DNA of 64,000 nt from an uncultured virus (IMG/VR IMGVR_UViG_3300027826_000008) (taxonomy: Duplodnaviria > Heunggongvirae > Uroviricota > Caudoviricetes), in IMG/VR virus record IMGVR_UViG_3300027826_000008. One strand, given 5' to 3'. Numbering within the stretch: position 1 is the stretch's first letter; each line of letters opens with the position of its first letter. A model generated the notes under the pieces. That model was given only the letters and a program-made list of their open reading frames with translations, had not been told where the DNA came from and ran no database searches. Below, piece by piece: positions 17,104-26,100 of the stretch. The position numbers were made by a program, and so were the translations under genes.

Positions 17104-17315
17104 GACCGGAAACAAAACATATGTCGAGCAAGAGCAGGAATCGACTAAAACGGGCGTATGACCTACTTCAGAGGCCCACCGCGCTCCGTAGCGCTCACGC
17201 CGAAACTGAGATTTTCAAACTGTTACTGGCTGAGATTCAGGAATTGCATCGCAGGCTTTCTATCTCAGAACAGGCACAGGGACGCGGCGGGGCAGCGGAG
17301 GAGAAGCGTGGCTAA
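17100..17315 (+). CDS. Hypothetical cassette protein
   Basis: GGAGG SD; GTGA overlap. Confidence 0.5.
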   Translation: MRPETKHMSSKSRNRLKRAYDLLQRPTALRSAHAETEIFKLLLAEIQELHRRLSISEQAQGRGGAAEEKRG

Positions 17316-17562
17316 CGACTTCGAACCGACTTGCGAAGAGATAGCGGGATCGCTCGACGAGTGGCCGAATTGCCGAACTCCCGACTGCGGGAACAAAGCA
17401 TGTCTATCGCTGAAATCCCCACTCTGCTTCCCGTGCACCGCCAGTTCGGCGCTGAAGCATCAGGTGAATCGGAACCACGATTACAAGCCAGATTCGTGTC
17501 TTGGCTGCAGGCTCGCCGCGAAGGTGCTGAGCTTGCAGGGACTAATCGGCGACCATGAGTGA
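17308..17562 (+). CDS. Cys-rich hypothetical protein
   Basis: GGAGG SD, GTG start, CRTPDC..C...CFPC; overlaps the integrase start. Confidence 0.5.
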   Translation: MANDFEPTCEEIAGSLDEWPNCRTPDCGNKACLSLKSPLCFPCTASSALKHQVNRNHDYKPDSCLGCRLAAKVLSLQGLIGDHE

Positions 17563-18820
17563 TACCATGCCCATGGCGAACACCGTCGCGCTTTCCGTTC
17601 AGGAGATGGAACGTATGGCGAAGCGACGGCACCAGAACCCGACGCCATTTCGAGCGGGTTTCTGGTGGTACTTACGTGTGTGGCAAGACGCCTTCGTCGA
17701 TGGCAAGCCAGTCCGAAAGCTGAAGCGGATCAAGCTGGCACCGTCATCGAAGAATGAGCGAGAAGTAAAGAAGATGGCCGACGAGATCGTGCGCCCTCTG
17801 AATCAGGGCTTGGTCACGATCGGCTGCGCTGTGAACTTCGCAGAGTACGTGAAGGACGTGTACCTGCCAACCGTGTTGCCGCTGCGCGCGAAGACTGTGC
17901 GCAGCGCATACGAGGGGATCATCGAGAAGCACCTGAAACCCGCCTTTCAAACGATGAGCCTTTCGGAGATCACGCCGCTGCGCGCGCAGGCATTCTTCTC
18001 CGCGCTGCCCGCCCGCGGTATTCCCTATCCAACCATCGTGAAGATCCGCGACGCCTTTTCCAGCGTCCTGCGATCGGCGCTCAAGTACAGGTACGTCACC
18101 GAAAACCCTTTGAAGGACTTGGAGCTTCCCGCCGACACGCGCGGCACCAGGGAGAAGCCCTTCATCTATCCCGCACAGTTCCAGGCGCTCCTCGAACAAA
18201 TTCCTGAGCCGTACGCCACAATGATCTACGTAGCAGTGTGGACCGGCCTTCGAATCTCCGAGTTGTCCGCCTTGAAATGGCGCAACATCCATCTCGACTC
18301 AATCACCGTGGAGCGGCGGTACTGCCGTGGTGACTGGAGCCAAACCAAAACGCGCGCCAGCGCCGCTACGATCGCCGTCGACCCGGCAGTGATCGAGCGC
18401 ATCAAGCGGCTGAAGACACTGACCGTCGATGTTCGTGCCGGCCTCGCGACGCGCCACTATCAGGTGGTGAAGAAGGATGGCCCCGACGATCTGGTGTTCC
18501 AGTCGGTCAAGGATGGCAAGCCGATGATCGACGGCAACATTCTCCGTCGCTTCATCAAGCCAGCTGCGAGGCTGGCGGGGCTTGAATTTGTGAACTGGAG
18601 GTGCCTGCGAACATCCTGCGCCACGTGGATGGTCCGGGCCGGAGCCGATCCGAAATCGGTGCAAGGCCAGATGCGGCATACGCGCATCGCAACGACGATG
18701 GAAATCTACGCGCAGGTATTGCCGGAGGGCCAGCGCCAGGCCGTGACCCGGGTGACGGATTGGGCACAGCGGAGCATCGCTGAGGCTGGTACGGAGCCTG
18801 TCACACTGTTGGTACAATAA
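17555..18820 (+). CDS. int: Tyrosine integrase
   Basis: TGLRISEL.ALKW, TKT, RCLRTSCAT, QMRH...TTMEIYAQ; adjacent to attP. Confidence 0.95.
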   Translation: MSDTMPMANTVALSVQEMERMAKRRHQNPTPFRAGFWWYLRVWQDAFVDGKPVRKLKRIKLAPSSKNEREVKKMADEIVRPLNQGLVTIGCAVNFAEYVKDVYLPTVLPLRAKTVRSAYEGIIEKHLKPAFQTMSLSEITPLRAQAFFSALPARGIPYPTIVKIRDAFSSVLRSALKYRYVTENPLKDLELPADTRGTREKPFIYPAQFQALLEQIPEPYATMIYVAVWTGLRISELSALKWRNIHLDSITVERRYCRGDWSQTKTRASAATIAVDPAVIERIKRLKTLTVDVRAGLATRHYQVVKKDGPDDLVFQSVKDGKPMIDGNILRRFIKPAARLAGLEFVNWRCLRTSCATWMVRAGADPKSVQGQMRHTRIATTMEIYAQVLPEGQRQAVTRVTDWAQRSIAEAGTEPVTLLVQ

Positions 18821-19000
18821 TCTGCCTCAAACGCGAGGCATACGAGCAATGCGAATGCCGCTAAGTGGTTGGAAAGTAATGGTGGAGCTAGTCGGGATCG
18901 AACCGACGACCTCATCGTTGCGAACCATGAAGTCCCCCATTTTCCGGCTTTTGTAATCAATCACTTACAGCCAGCGCTGGTACATTGCTGGTACAAAAGC
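18785..19000. other. attP region: 46-bp core (18880-18925) equal to the 3' half of tRNA-Ala(CGC), with arm-type repeats and IHF-like sites
   Basis: Minus strand GTTCGCAACGATGAGGTCGTCGGTTCGATCCCGACTAGCTCCACCA (anticodon loop, T-arm, CCA); TGGTAC repeats at ~18788, 18810, 18978, 18989; AATCAATCACTTA fits WATCAANNNNTTR. Confidence 0.9.
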
Positions 19001-19032
19001 GATGGTGTTCGCCACACCAAAGAGAGGAATTC

Positions 19033-19395
19033 ATGTCGACGACAGAGCGAAACAATAACATCAACGAGGGCTGCGGGGCAGCGGTGCCAGAGTGTCGAGA
19101 GCCCGCCGCCGATAAACAGTTGGGCTATGACCCCTTCAATCACGGGTACGAGCGCGGCTTCGAGGCTGGGCGGCGCCAAGCGAAGGATCCGCTTGTCGAA
19201 CTCTTCACCTTCCACTCTCCCGACGAATTGCAGCAGCACCAGATGGCTGCGATCCGAGAAGCCGCGAAGCACTTTGCCCAGGTAGTTCTGAGGTGCTCAC
19301 CGCGTTGCGCCGATCAGCGGGACGCGATTCGCAAGATCCGCGAAGCCTGCATGACGGCGAACCAGGCGGTGATGCTGAAGGGCTTCAATCTCTGA
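19033..19395 (+). CDS. Acb2/Tad1-like helical-hairpin protein (candidate immune-signal sponge)
   Basis: LFTFHSP...AIREAAKHFAQVV...P..ADQ.DAIRKIREACMTANQAV; GAGG SD. Confidence 0.65.
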   Translation: MSTTERNNNINEGCGAAVPECREPAADKQLGYDPFNHGYERGFEAGRRQAKDPLVELFTFHSPDELQQHQMAAIREAAKHFAQVVLRCSPRCADQRDAIRKIREACMTANQAVMLKGFNL

Positions 19396-19628
19396 TTTGT
19401 TCTACCGTCTACCGTACCGGCCAGAGGTTACAAAATCCGAACAAAATTGGCAACCTTCTGGCCGTGTGCAACTTTGGTGGTACAGTGCGCCATTTGCCGG
19501 ATCGTGTTAAGAATGTCGGGGTTAGCCGCAGGAACTACCGACATTGTTACAAAGAGCGAACCTGTGGCATACTTTGGCGCACTTCCTCCTCCAAGCTATA
19601 TATCCAGATGTGAGGGACCCACTTCGCG

Positions 19629-19943
19629 ATGGCCACGGTCATTTCTTTTCCAGACTCTGCTGTTCTTCGCAAAACCAAAAACTCGACTCGCAACTTCAGC
19701 AGGATGAGGGCACTGGTAGCCTCTTTCGAACTGACTTTACCGGAGTACCGCCTTATGCTCGATCTCTCGAAGCGCGGCCTGCGCCAGCGCCAGGTGCGGC
19801 TTACGGCGCGGCTTGAAGCGCGCCATCTGGTGTTCCGCCCTACGCTCGATCTCGTGCAGTTGACTCGGGCTGGCTGGGCGGTCCTGAGCGCCATTGCCGT
19901 CTCGGTCAAACCGATGGCCACAGGCACTGGTGCATCCGGTTAG
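19629..19943 (+). CDS. Hypothetical protein
   Basis: GAGGGA upstream; the most plausible ORF in this gap. Confidence 0.5.
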   Translation: MATVISFPDSAVLRKTKNSTRNFSRMRALVASFELTLPEYRLMLDLSKRGLRQRQVRLTARLEARHLVFRPTLDLVQLTRAGWAVLSAIAVSVKPMATGTGASG

Positions 19944-19963
19944 CAAACCCCCAACAGTAGAGG

Positions 19964-19993
19964 TTGACAACATTTTCACATCATGTGTAAAGT
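19964..19993 (+). promoter_or_regulatory. Sigma70 promoter related to the early promoters, with a different spacer palindrome
   Basis: TTGACA-18 bp-TAAAGT; CACAT-C-ATGTG in the spacer. Confidence 0.7.
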
Positions 19994-20051
19994 GTTCGTA
20001 AGGCACACGTGCTGCCTCCCCTTGACTATAGGTAAGGGCTTTGGGGAGACG

Positions 20052-20600
20052 ATGAACCAGACACAAGCAGCCGCAGTTCAGGAGTTGGAGCGTAGGGCCG
20101 CGAAGATTCGGGAAGACGCAGAAGCGCAGGTCCGAGAACTGTTGCGCATTGCTGCCAACCTTCGTGGCGAGCCCGGTGAAGTTGTGGAGGAACAGGCGCC
20201 CCTCCGCGATGGTAACCAGCAGTCATCAGCGCGCCAGCCTAGTGCATCCTCCCGCATCGTTCCGGATCAGTTTCGTGGAATGCCCCGTACGATGGCCTTA
20301 GAAGTCTACCTACGGGCACGCCGCAGCGAAGGCCGGATCCCGCTCGCAAACATCGTGCTCGATCTCCTGGCTGGCGGTCTCAAGATGAGTGCGCACCGCG
20401 ATCGATGGGAACGTCACATCATTGCGTGCGCCCAGGCTAACCCGCGCATTTTTGGATGGGATCCCAATCGGAGGGAGATTTGGCTCGCACCTACCGCAGA
20501 CGAACCACGGCCAGCAAAGGGCGGTGGAAAAGGTAAGCTCAAACTGGAAGTGCCGCCTCGGGTTAAACAGTCCACCGGCAAGCGGGCGAGGGTTGGCTAG
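20052..20600 (+). CDS. Coiled-coil plus probable winged-helix protein (candidate regulator)
   Basis: GGGGAG SD; N-terminal coiled coil; FRGM....ALEVYL...I.L..IV.DL.AGG. Confidence 0.6.
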   Translation: MNQTQAAAVQELERRAAKIREDAEAQVRELLRIAANLRGEPGEVVEEQAPLRDGNQQSSARQPSASSRIVPDQFRGMPRTMALEVYLRARRSEGRIPLANIVLDLLAGGLKMSAHRDRWERHIIACAQANPRIFGWDPNRREIWLAPTADEPRPAKGGGKGKLKLEVPPRVKQSTGKRARVG

Positions 20601-22414
20601 GATCGGCGGGTTCGTTCGAATTGGGCCAGCTGCCGTCGCCGCTGGCCCGCACTTACATAAGGGGTCGGCTTGTCGCGGTTCAGTTCTTCTTCCCTGATCT
20701 TCCCCGCCTTGAACATTGCAGTCGTGGGGTCCTTCTCGAACTCGGTTTTTAGGCGCTCCTCGATTCGCACCTTTGCCGGCGTCGTCACCTGGCGCGCCGT
20801 CTCAAACGACTTCCAACCGTAGCGGGCGCTATCGTAATAGTCGTCCAGTTCATCGCCGGACACCTTGAGCACGTCATCCTGCTTATCGGGGTCGTGGATC
20901 CGCGATTCGATCGACTCGATGGTCTTCGTGCACTCCTCGCAAATGACCAACTCTCCCGAATCGAATCCGGTGTACATCTTCACTGCGCCGCCTGCGCGGT
21001 CATTGTCGGCTCTGACAAAGCCTCGGTGGTAGCGCGCAAGCTCGGCGTTCATCTGTCCGGCAATCGTAAACGGGACGCCCTTCTCCGCCCACGCATCCGG
21101 AGAGAGATACCAGGGCATCCAGCGATATTCGATCGGACGGCGGTCCTCTCCGAGCACCCAGCGGTCGAGCAGGATCTTGGCGAAGTTCTCGGAGGTTTCC
21201 TGACAGCCATGCTCGTCCACCAAATACACCCGGCCGCGCGGCCACGCTGCCGACTGTGGTTCGTGCAGCCAGAGGTGACCGGCGCTGATTGAGATTGAGA
21301 AGCCGTAGTCGGACGATACCCAGCGCGGCCACCACCACTGCTCGTTGATCATCCGGCGCGGCACAACCATCGGCCCGGTGCCAGGTGGCAACGCCAAGGC
21401 CTCTTTCCACGTCATGCCCGGCTTCATCCCGCGACGCGGTTCCCACACGTCAAAGTACTGGCCTTCAAAGATCCGCCAACAGCCCTCGAGGAGAGCCTTG
21501 GCGGTCGCCGGGCTCTGCATACGCAGGCGTGCCTGATACTCAACCGGGTAGAGGGAGTGATCGCGGACGCCAGAAAGGATGTAGGCAACCGACAGCCGCA
21601 CCTTTCGCCCGTCGACGTCAACCTCTAGCGGTTGCGAATCGCTCGGCCAGCGGCAATCCCAGCGCAGCGTCGGATTCTTTTCCGGGTCCCCCGGGTACCA
21701 CTTCCACTGTGGCGGCGCTTTGTCGGGCTCGCAGTGCGGACAGAAGCCGCCCATGAACAACCGCATGTGCCACTTGTGCCCCACGTTGCCGGGGTTCGTT
21801 CCCAGCCGCACCCGCACCTTCATATCCGGATCGGTCGAGCGGTTACGGGTGATCAGGTACCGGACCATCTTCTCGGGCCAGTGCGTCGACTCGTCGATCC
21901 CGAGATAGGACATCGCGTGCCCTTGGTACGGGAAGACGTCCTTTTCGTGCTGCGCGTGCCGGAAATAAAACTCGGCGCCTGACGGCCACTTCCATGTGTG
22001 CGTCGTGGAGTTGTAGCCGAGGGCGCCGGTCTGGGAGAAAAGCCGGTGCGCCTGATCGATCGCGCCGTCACCACCTTCCAGTTCTTTGTAGGTGCGCCGG
22101 AAGAAGTAGGAGCGCATGGTCGGGGAGTCGCGCTCCATCACCGCATCGATCAGCAGCGAGGAAGTTTTCAGGGATCCAGCGGCGCCGCCCAACATGCAGA
22201 TGTCCGCGTCGCAGTCGATCGCGCGCGCCTGCTTGAGCGTGGCGGGCCACGGCTCGGTGCAGTTCGAGGGCTTAAAGCGCCAGGCTTCGGAGATGTCTCC
22301 GTAGCGCTCGTATGCGTCGGCCTTCGGCTGATCGCCCAGTTCTCGCAGCGCCCGCAGGAGCGGGTCCGGAAGAACCTGAACGTCGCTAGGCGGTAGGGGT
22401 GGGGTCAGGCCCAT
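20597..22414 (-). CDS. terL: Terminase large subunit
   Basis: GGAAGSLKT Walker A, LGIDESTH Walker B, GTNPG.VGH.W, SDYGF, DDYYDSARY. Confidence 0.92.
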   Translation of the reverse strand: MGLTPPLPPSDVQVLPDPLLRALRELGDQPKADAYERYGDISEAWRFKPSNCTEPWPATLKQARAIDCDADICMLGGAAGSLKTSSLLIDAVMERDSPTMRSYFFRRTYKELEGGDGAIDQAHRLFSQTGALGYNSTTHTWKWPSGAEFYFRHAQHEKDVFPYQGHAMSYLGIDESTHWPEKMVRYLITRNRSTDPDMKVRVRLGTNPGNVGHKWHMRLFMGGFCPHCEPDKAPPQWKWYPGDPEKNPTLRWDCRWPSDSQPLEVDVDGRKVRLSVAYILSGVRDHSLYPVEYQARLRMQSPATAKALLEGCWRIFEGQYFDVWEPRRGMKPGMTWKEALALPPGTGPMVVPRRMINEQWWWPRWVSSDYGFSISISAGHLWLHEPQSAAWPRGRVYLVDEHGCQETSENFAKILLDRWVLGEDRRPIEYRWMPWYLSPDAWAEKGVPFTIAGQMNAELARYHRGFVRADNDRAGGAVKMYTGFDSGELVICEECTKTIESIESRIHDPDKQDDVLKVSGDELDDYYDSARYGWKSFETARQVTTPAKVRIEERLKTEFEKDPTTAMFKAGKIREEELNRDKPTPYVSAGQRRRQLAQFERTRRS

Positions 22415-23036
22415 TGGTCGCTGGAAGTGCCTTCTGCGCTTCTTCCGCTTCGATTTGCCGCAACATCTCCGCTTCCTTGCGGACTAGCCACATCGATTTG
22501 TAGCGTTGCCGGAAAGTGGTGGCCTGCATCGCTACAGCATTGCCGCCGTGAGCGGTGGCGGTGATGTGTGCGGGCTGAATCAGGCCCAGGCGCTTGTACG
22601 TCACTTCCGACAGTTTGGCGAAGTCCATGTCCCCAACCTTCTCGTGCGTCCGGTGGTTGAGGAGTTTCTTTGCGACGAGGTTGTCGACGAAGCCGGTCTC
22701 CAGTTTGTAGTTGACGATCGAGTCGTCCTGCGCGCGGCGCGCCACTTCCTGTAGCGCGGAGTTATAGACCTCGGGGAACTCCTTGCTGCGCATCATCTCG
22801 TAGCAAAAACGTTTGTTGATTCCGGAGGCTCGCGAGGCAGCGGTGACACTGTGGCGCTGGGCAAGCTCCGTGCAGAACTTCGTCATATCCACGAGGTTGC
22901 CGCGTTTGCGATTGGCTGGTTTTCTGGTGCCCCGATTGTTGGGGCGGAGATTTTCCTTGCGGCCTGTGAGGTGGGCGGGCTTCGAGGCGGGCTTGTCGGT
23001 TGCAGGTTTTGAGCTTCGCTTCGGCAAAATGGCCAC
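22386..23036 (-). CDS. Probable terminase small subunit
   Basis: Overlaps the terL start; HTH-like VTAASRASGINKRFCY. Confidence 0.65.
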   Translation of the reverse strand: MAILPKRSSKPATDKPASKPAHLTGRKENLRPNNRGTRKPANRKRGNLVDMTKFCTELAQRHSVTAASRASGINKRFCYEMMRSKEFPEVYNSALQEVARRAQDDSIVNYKLETGFVDNLVAKKLLNHRTHEKVGDMDFAKLSEVTYKRLGLIQPAHITATAHGGNAVAMQATTFRQRYKSMWLVRKEAEMLRQIEAEEAQKALPATNGPDPTPTA

Positions 23037-23120
23037 CTTGCGCTCTCAGGCTCGGAGCGCCACTGCCTCGACGATTCACGCTCGATCGCGAGTGCAGCCC
23101 TCTAGGGTAGCATGTAACGA

Positions 23121-26100
23121 TTATTGTGCAGCAGGTGTTTCGGGGACCTGGCCCAGTATCTCGATCTGCTTCTCCAGCAGGATCGGCAGGATCTGCTTCT
23201 GGGCTTCCTCGTCCTTGTCTTCCACGGCGCGATCGTAAACGCGCCTCACTTCGGCGTAACTGAAGCCGTTGATCTTGTCCTGAAACTCGGTGTGCATCGA
23301 GCGGTGCATGAGCTTCGAAAGGTCCTTGATGCTGAGCAGGCCCTTTTGTACGCCTTCCTCCAGAGCCTTCCCGCTGCCCTTCCGCAGTCCCTCCAGAGCC
23401 CGCTGGCGCGCGTAATACTTTTCCCGGTCCTCCGGGGTCCATGCGCTCGTGTCCATCTTTGAACTCGCGATCTCCTGCGCGAGCCGCTCCGCGCCACGTT
23501 TGCGGAAGTTCACGTCTAATTGATTCAATCCGAACTTCTTCCAGCCCTCGTCACGATGTTGCGCGCGCTCGATCTCCTGTTCCTGCGGAATCGTTTCTTC
23601 GCGGAGGTATCGCATCAGCTGCGTACCCTCCGTATGCCAGTCCGCGGCAGGGTCGTAGATGTGGCGCCCGCTCTGCACGTCCCGGTTGAAGATCAGTTGC
23701 CCGAGGCCGACCGTTGTGGGGTTCGGCGTGAAGACCTTCGTGATTGCCTGCGTCGGGGTAGCGTCATGGTGCGCGACGTCGACGGCAGCCTGAATCAGTC
23801 CGAAGATGCCGTGCCGCTGCACCTGGGCGTCCTTCTCCTTCGTGAGCTTCTTCGCCAGCTGATCCGCGATGCCGTAGAGCCCAAACGCCACCAGCGCCAT
23901 CAGCGCCAGGCGGTCCCAGCCCTTTGCAACCTCCTCGGCAGTGGAACGCCCGGGCGCATTCTCGGCCATGCCCAGAGCCGATTTCGCGCTCTCGCCAAAG
24001 GACCGCAGGAGCCCGTAGTGGTAGGACCCGAAGACCGTTCCGATGTTCGAGGACATCGCCTTCGCGACCGCGGTGGAATTCAGGATCCGCGTCGGCAACC
24101 GATACTCAGGGATGATCCGGCCCACTTCTCGCAGTGCATCGTGCAGCGTTGCATCGGGATGCGCCTCCTGATACTCATAGGCCGCTTGCAGGAAGAGGAT
24201 GTCCGACGCCGGCCACGCGATCTTGGAACTGAGCTTATGGAGCGCTTTTACCAACTCCACGGGCGCCAGGCCGATGGATTTCGCGAGCTTCGTCGCCCAA
24301 GGCTGTCCGGTCTTTGTAGCTTCGCCCAGAGTGTCGTAGAACAGCTTCGCCAGGTCCTTGGTGACGCCGCGCGCGGACTGCAACGGCGCGCCCGCTTCGA
24401 GCGCATCGCGCAGGTCTTTGTTCTGGTTCACCACGGCGTTGATGGCGCGGGCGCCGGTCTTGCCGAGACGATAGAAGCGAGTCGGCAGGAAGCCGGTCAC
24501 GCCCCGCTGCACCGCCCACTGCGCTGCGACGTTCAGCGGGTGCTTGATCGGGTTCAGCAGGATCTTCATGCGCATGTACTGGTTAATGGAATCGAACGCA
24601 GAGGGGCTTCCGGATTTCAGCCGATCGGCAAACCAATCCAGCACCTCCGCTGTGTGAGGCTCGAAGTAGTAGCCCTTGAACTGTGGGAGGTTCGTCGTGC
24701 GCCAGCCCGATGGCGGATTGCCCGCATCCGTCTTGACGGCGATCTCTTTGAAGTCCGGGGATTCCTTTACGCTTTCGAGGAAGTCGTGCGCCGCCTCGGC
24801 CTTCTTCGCCTGCAGCCAGTTCACGATCGTCGACGCGGCAGCATCGTGGTAGTAGCGCACGGGCGTGTTGGCTTCAATCTCCGCCTTGGTCGCCTGCACG
24901 ATCTTCCAGATATTGCCGTGCTTGTCCTCGAACTCGCGTTCTTTCGACGGCCCTTTCTTTCCCTTGGGCGCTTCGAGCGGCCCCATCCTCTGCGTCGCAC
25001 CGTTGCGCCAGGCTACGACTTCGCCGTTCTTGATCGATACAACGACACGCTTGTCGCCATTCTCCAGCGCCATCATCACGCGACGCTTCGCCGCTGGCAT
25101 GGACTGCGAGAGCATGTTGCCCCGGCCCGTGCGCTTCTCCCCTTCAGGCTGGAGGAAGCGATCGAGCATTCCGCCGCGTCCCTTGGTCTGGCGCGGGTTG
25201 TAGTTCGGGATCGTGAGTCCGGCTTCGGTGACCTTCTTGAACGCCTTCTCTGCCTCGGCGCGCATCGGCATCAGCACACGATCGAGGATGTCATCCTGTT
25301 CCGGCGTGAGCGCCGGTACCGGCACGTTGTCCGAATCGGCTTCGAGGGCATCGAGGTGGGAATCGATCGCTTCGCGGTCCTTCAGCGTCAGGCCGTCATG
25401 CTGCAACTGCTCCAGCATTTGCTTCGCGCGGAGCACGCGGCCCTCGTGGCGCTTGTCGAGATCGTACAGATCCCACTGCATTTCCTTCGCACGGCGGTTG
25501 TCTTCCACCTCCGTCTTCAGGAAGTCCTTCACTCGCTTCGCTGCGGAGTAGACCGTATGCACCGCGGCGATCGGCAACTCTACCAGTCCCGCGGTCGACA
25601 CGGAGCCGCGCTCGCCTGAGCGGTCGATCTCCTGCCCGCCCTCTTCCCCTTCCGGCGTGGCGCCGTCCGCATCGGCGGCAACGTCCTGAGCCTCGGCGTC
25701 CGCAAACACGTCGATCCCGAGGCGCTTGTTCACCTCGTCGAGTTCAGTCTTTAGTTCCGCGATCTTGCGGGCGTTCGATGACGCGGGCCGGTTCTTCTGG
25801 ATGTCCTCCAGATCCTTAATGCGGTCCTCGCGGAATTTGATCGCGGCCCGCATGTCCTCGATGTTCTTCGGCAGCCCACGCAACACCGACTCGATGCCGC
25901 GCACGGCAGAGGCAAGCGTGGGGTCCTGGGTGCCATAGCGCCCGCTGGCGAGCGACACGATGGCTTCCGGCCCGGAGCGCCCATATTCTTTGTACGGGAT
26001 GTCGTAGGGCATCCGGTACTCGACGCTCGCAAGGTCCCCCTCGTGAACGTGCTGCTCCTCCGGAAGATCGACGTTCTTCATCTTCGCGGAATAGTCAGAA

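Noticed and set aside
16385..17310. CRISPR array or integron attC sites
   Set aside because: Repeats are few, irregularly spaced, inside coding 3' ends and lack attC palindromic structure; no cas genes are present
18880..18929. Complete tRNA-Ala gene
   Set aside because: The 5' acceptor strand and D-arm are missing and the anticodon stem has a mismatch; it is an att core, not a gene
23520..25619. 699-aa plus-strand ORF (likewise 28479-29897, 39314-41620, 46673-47983, 48008-49474, 50993-52195)
   Set aside because: Antisense shadows of GC-rich minus-strand genes, with no motifs or credible starts
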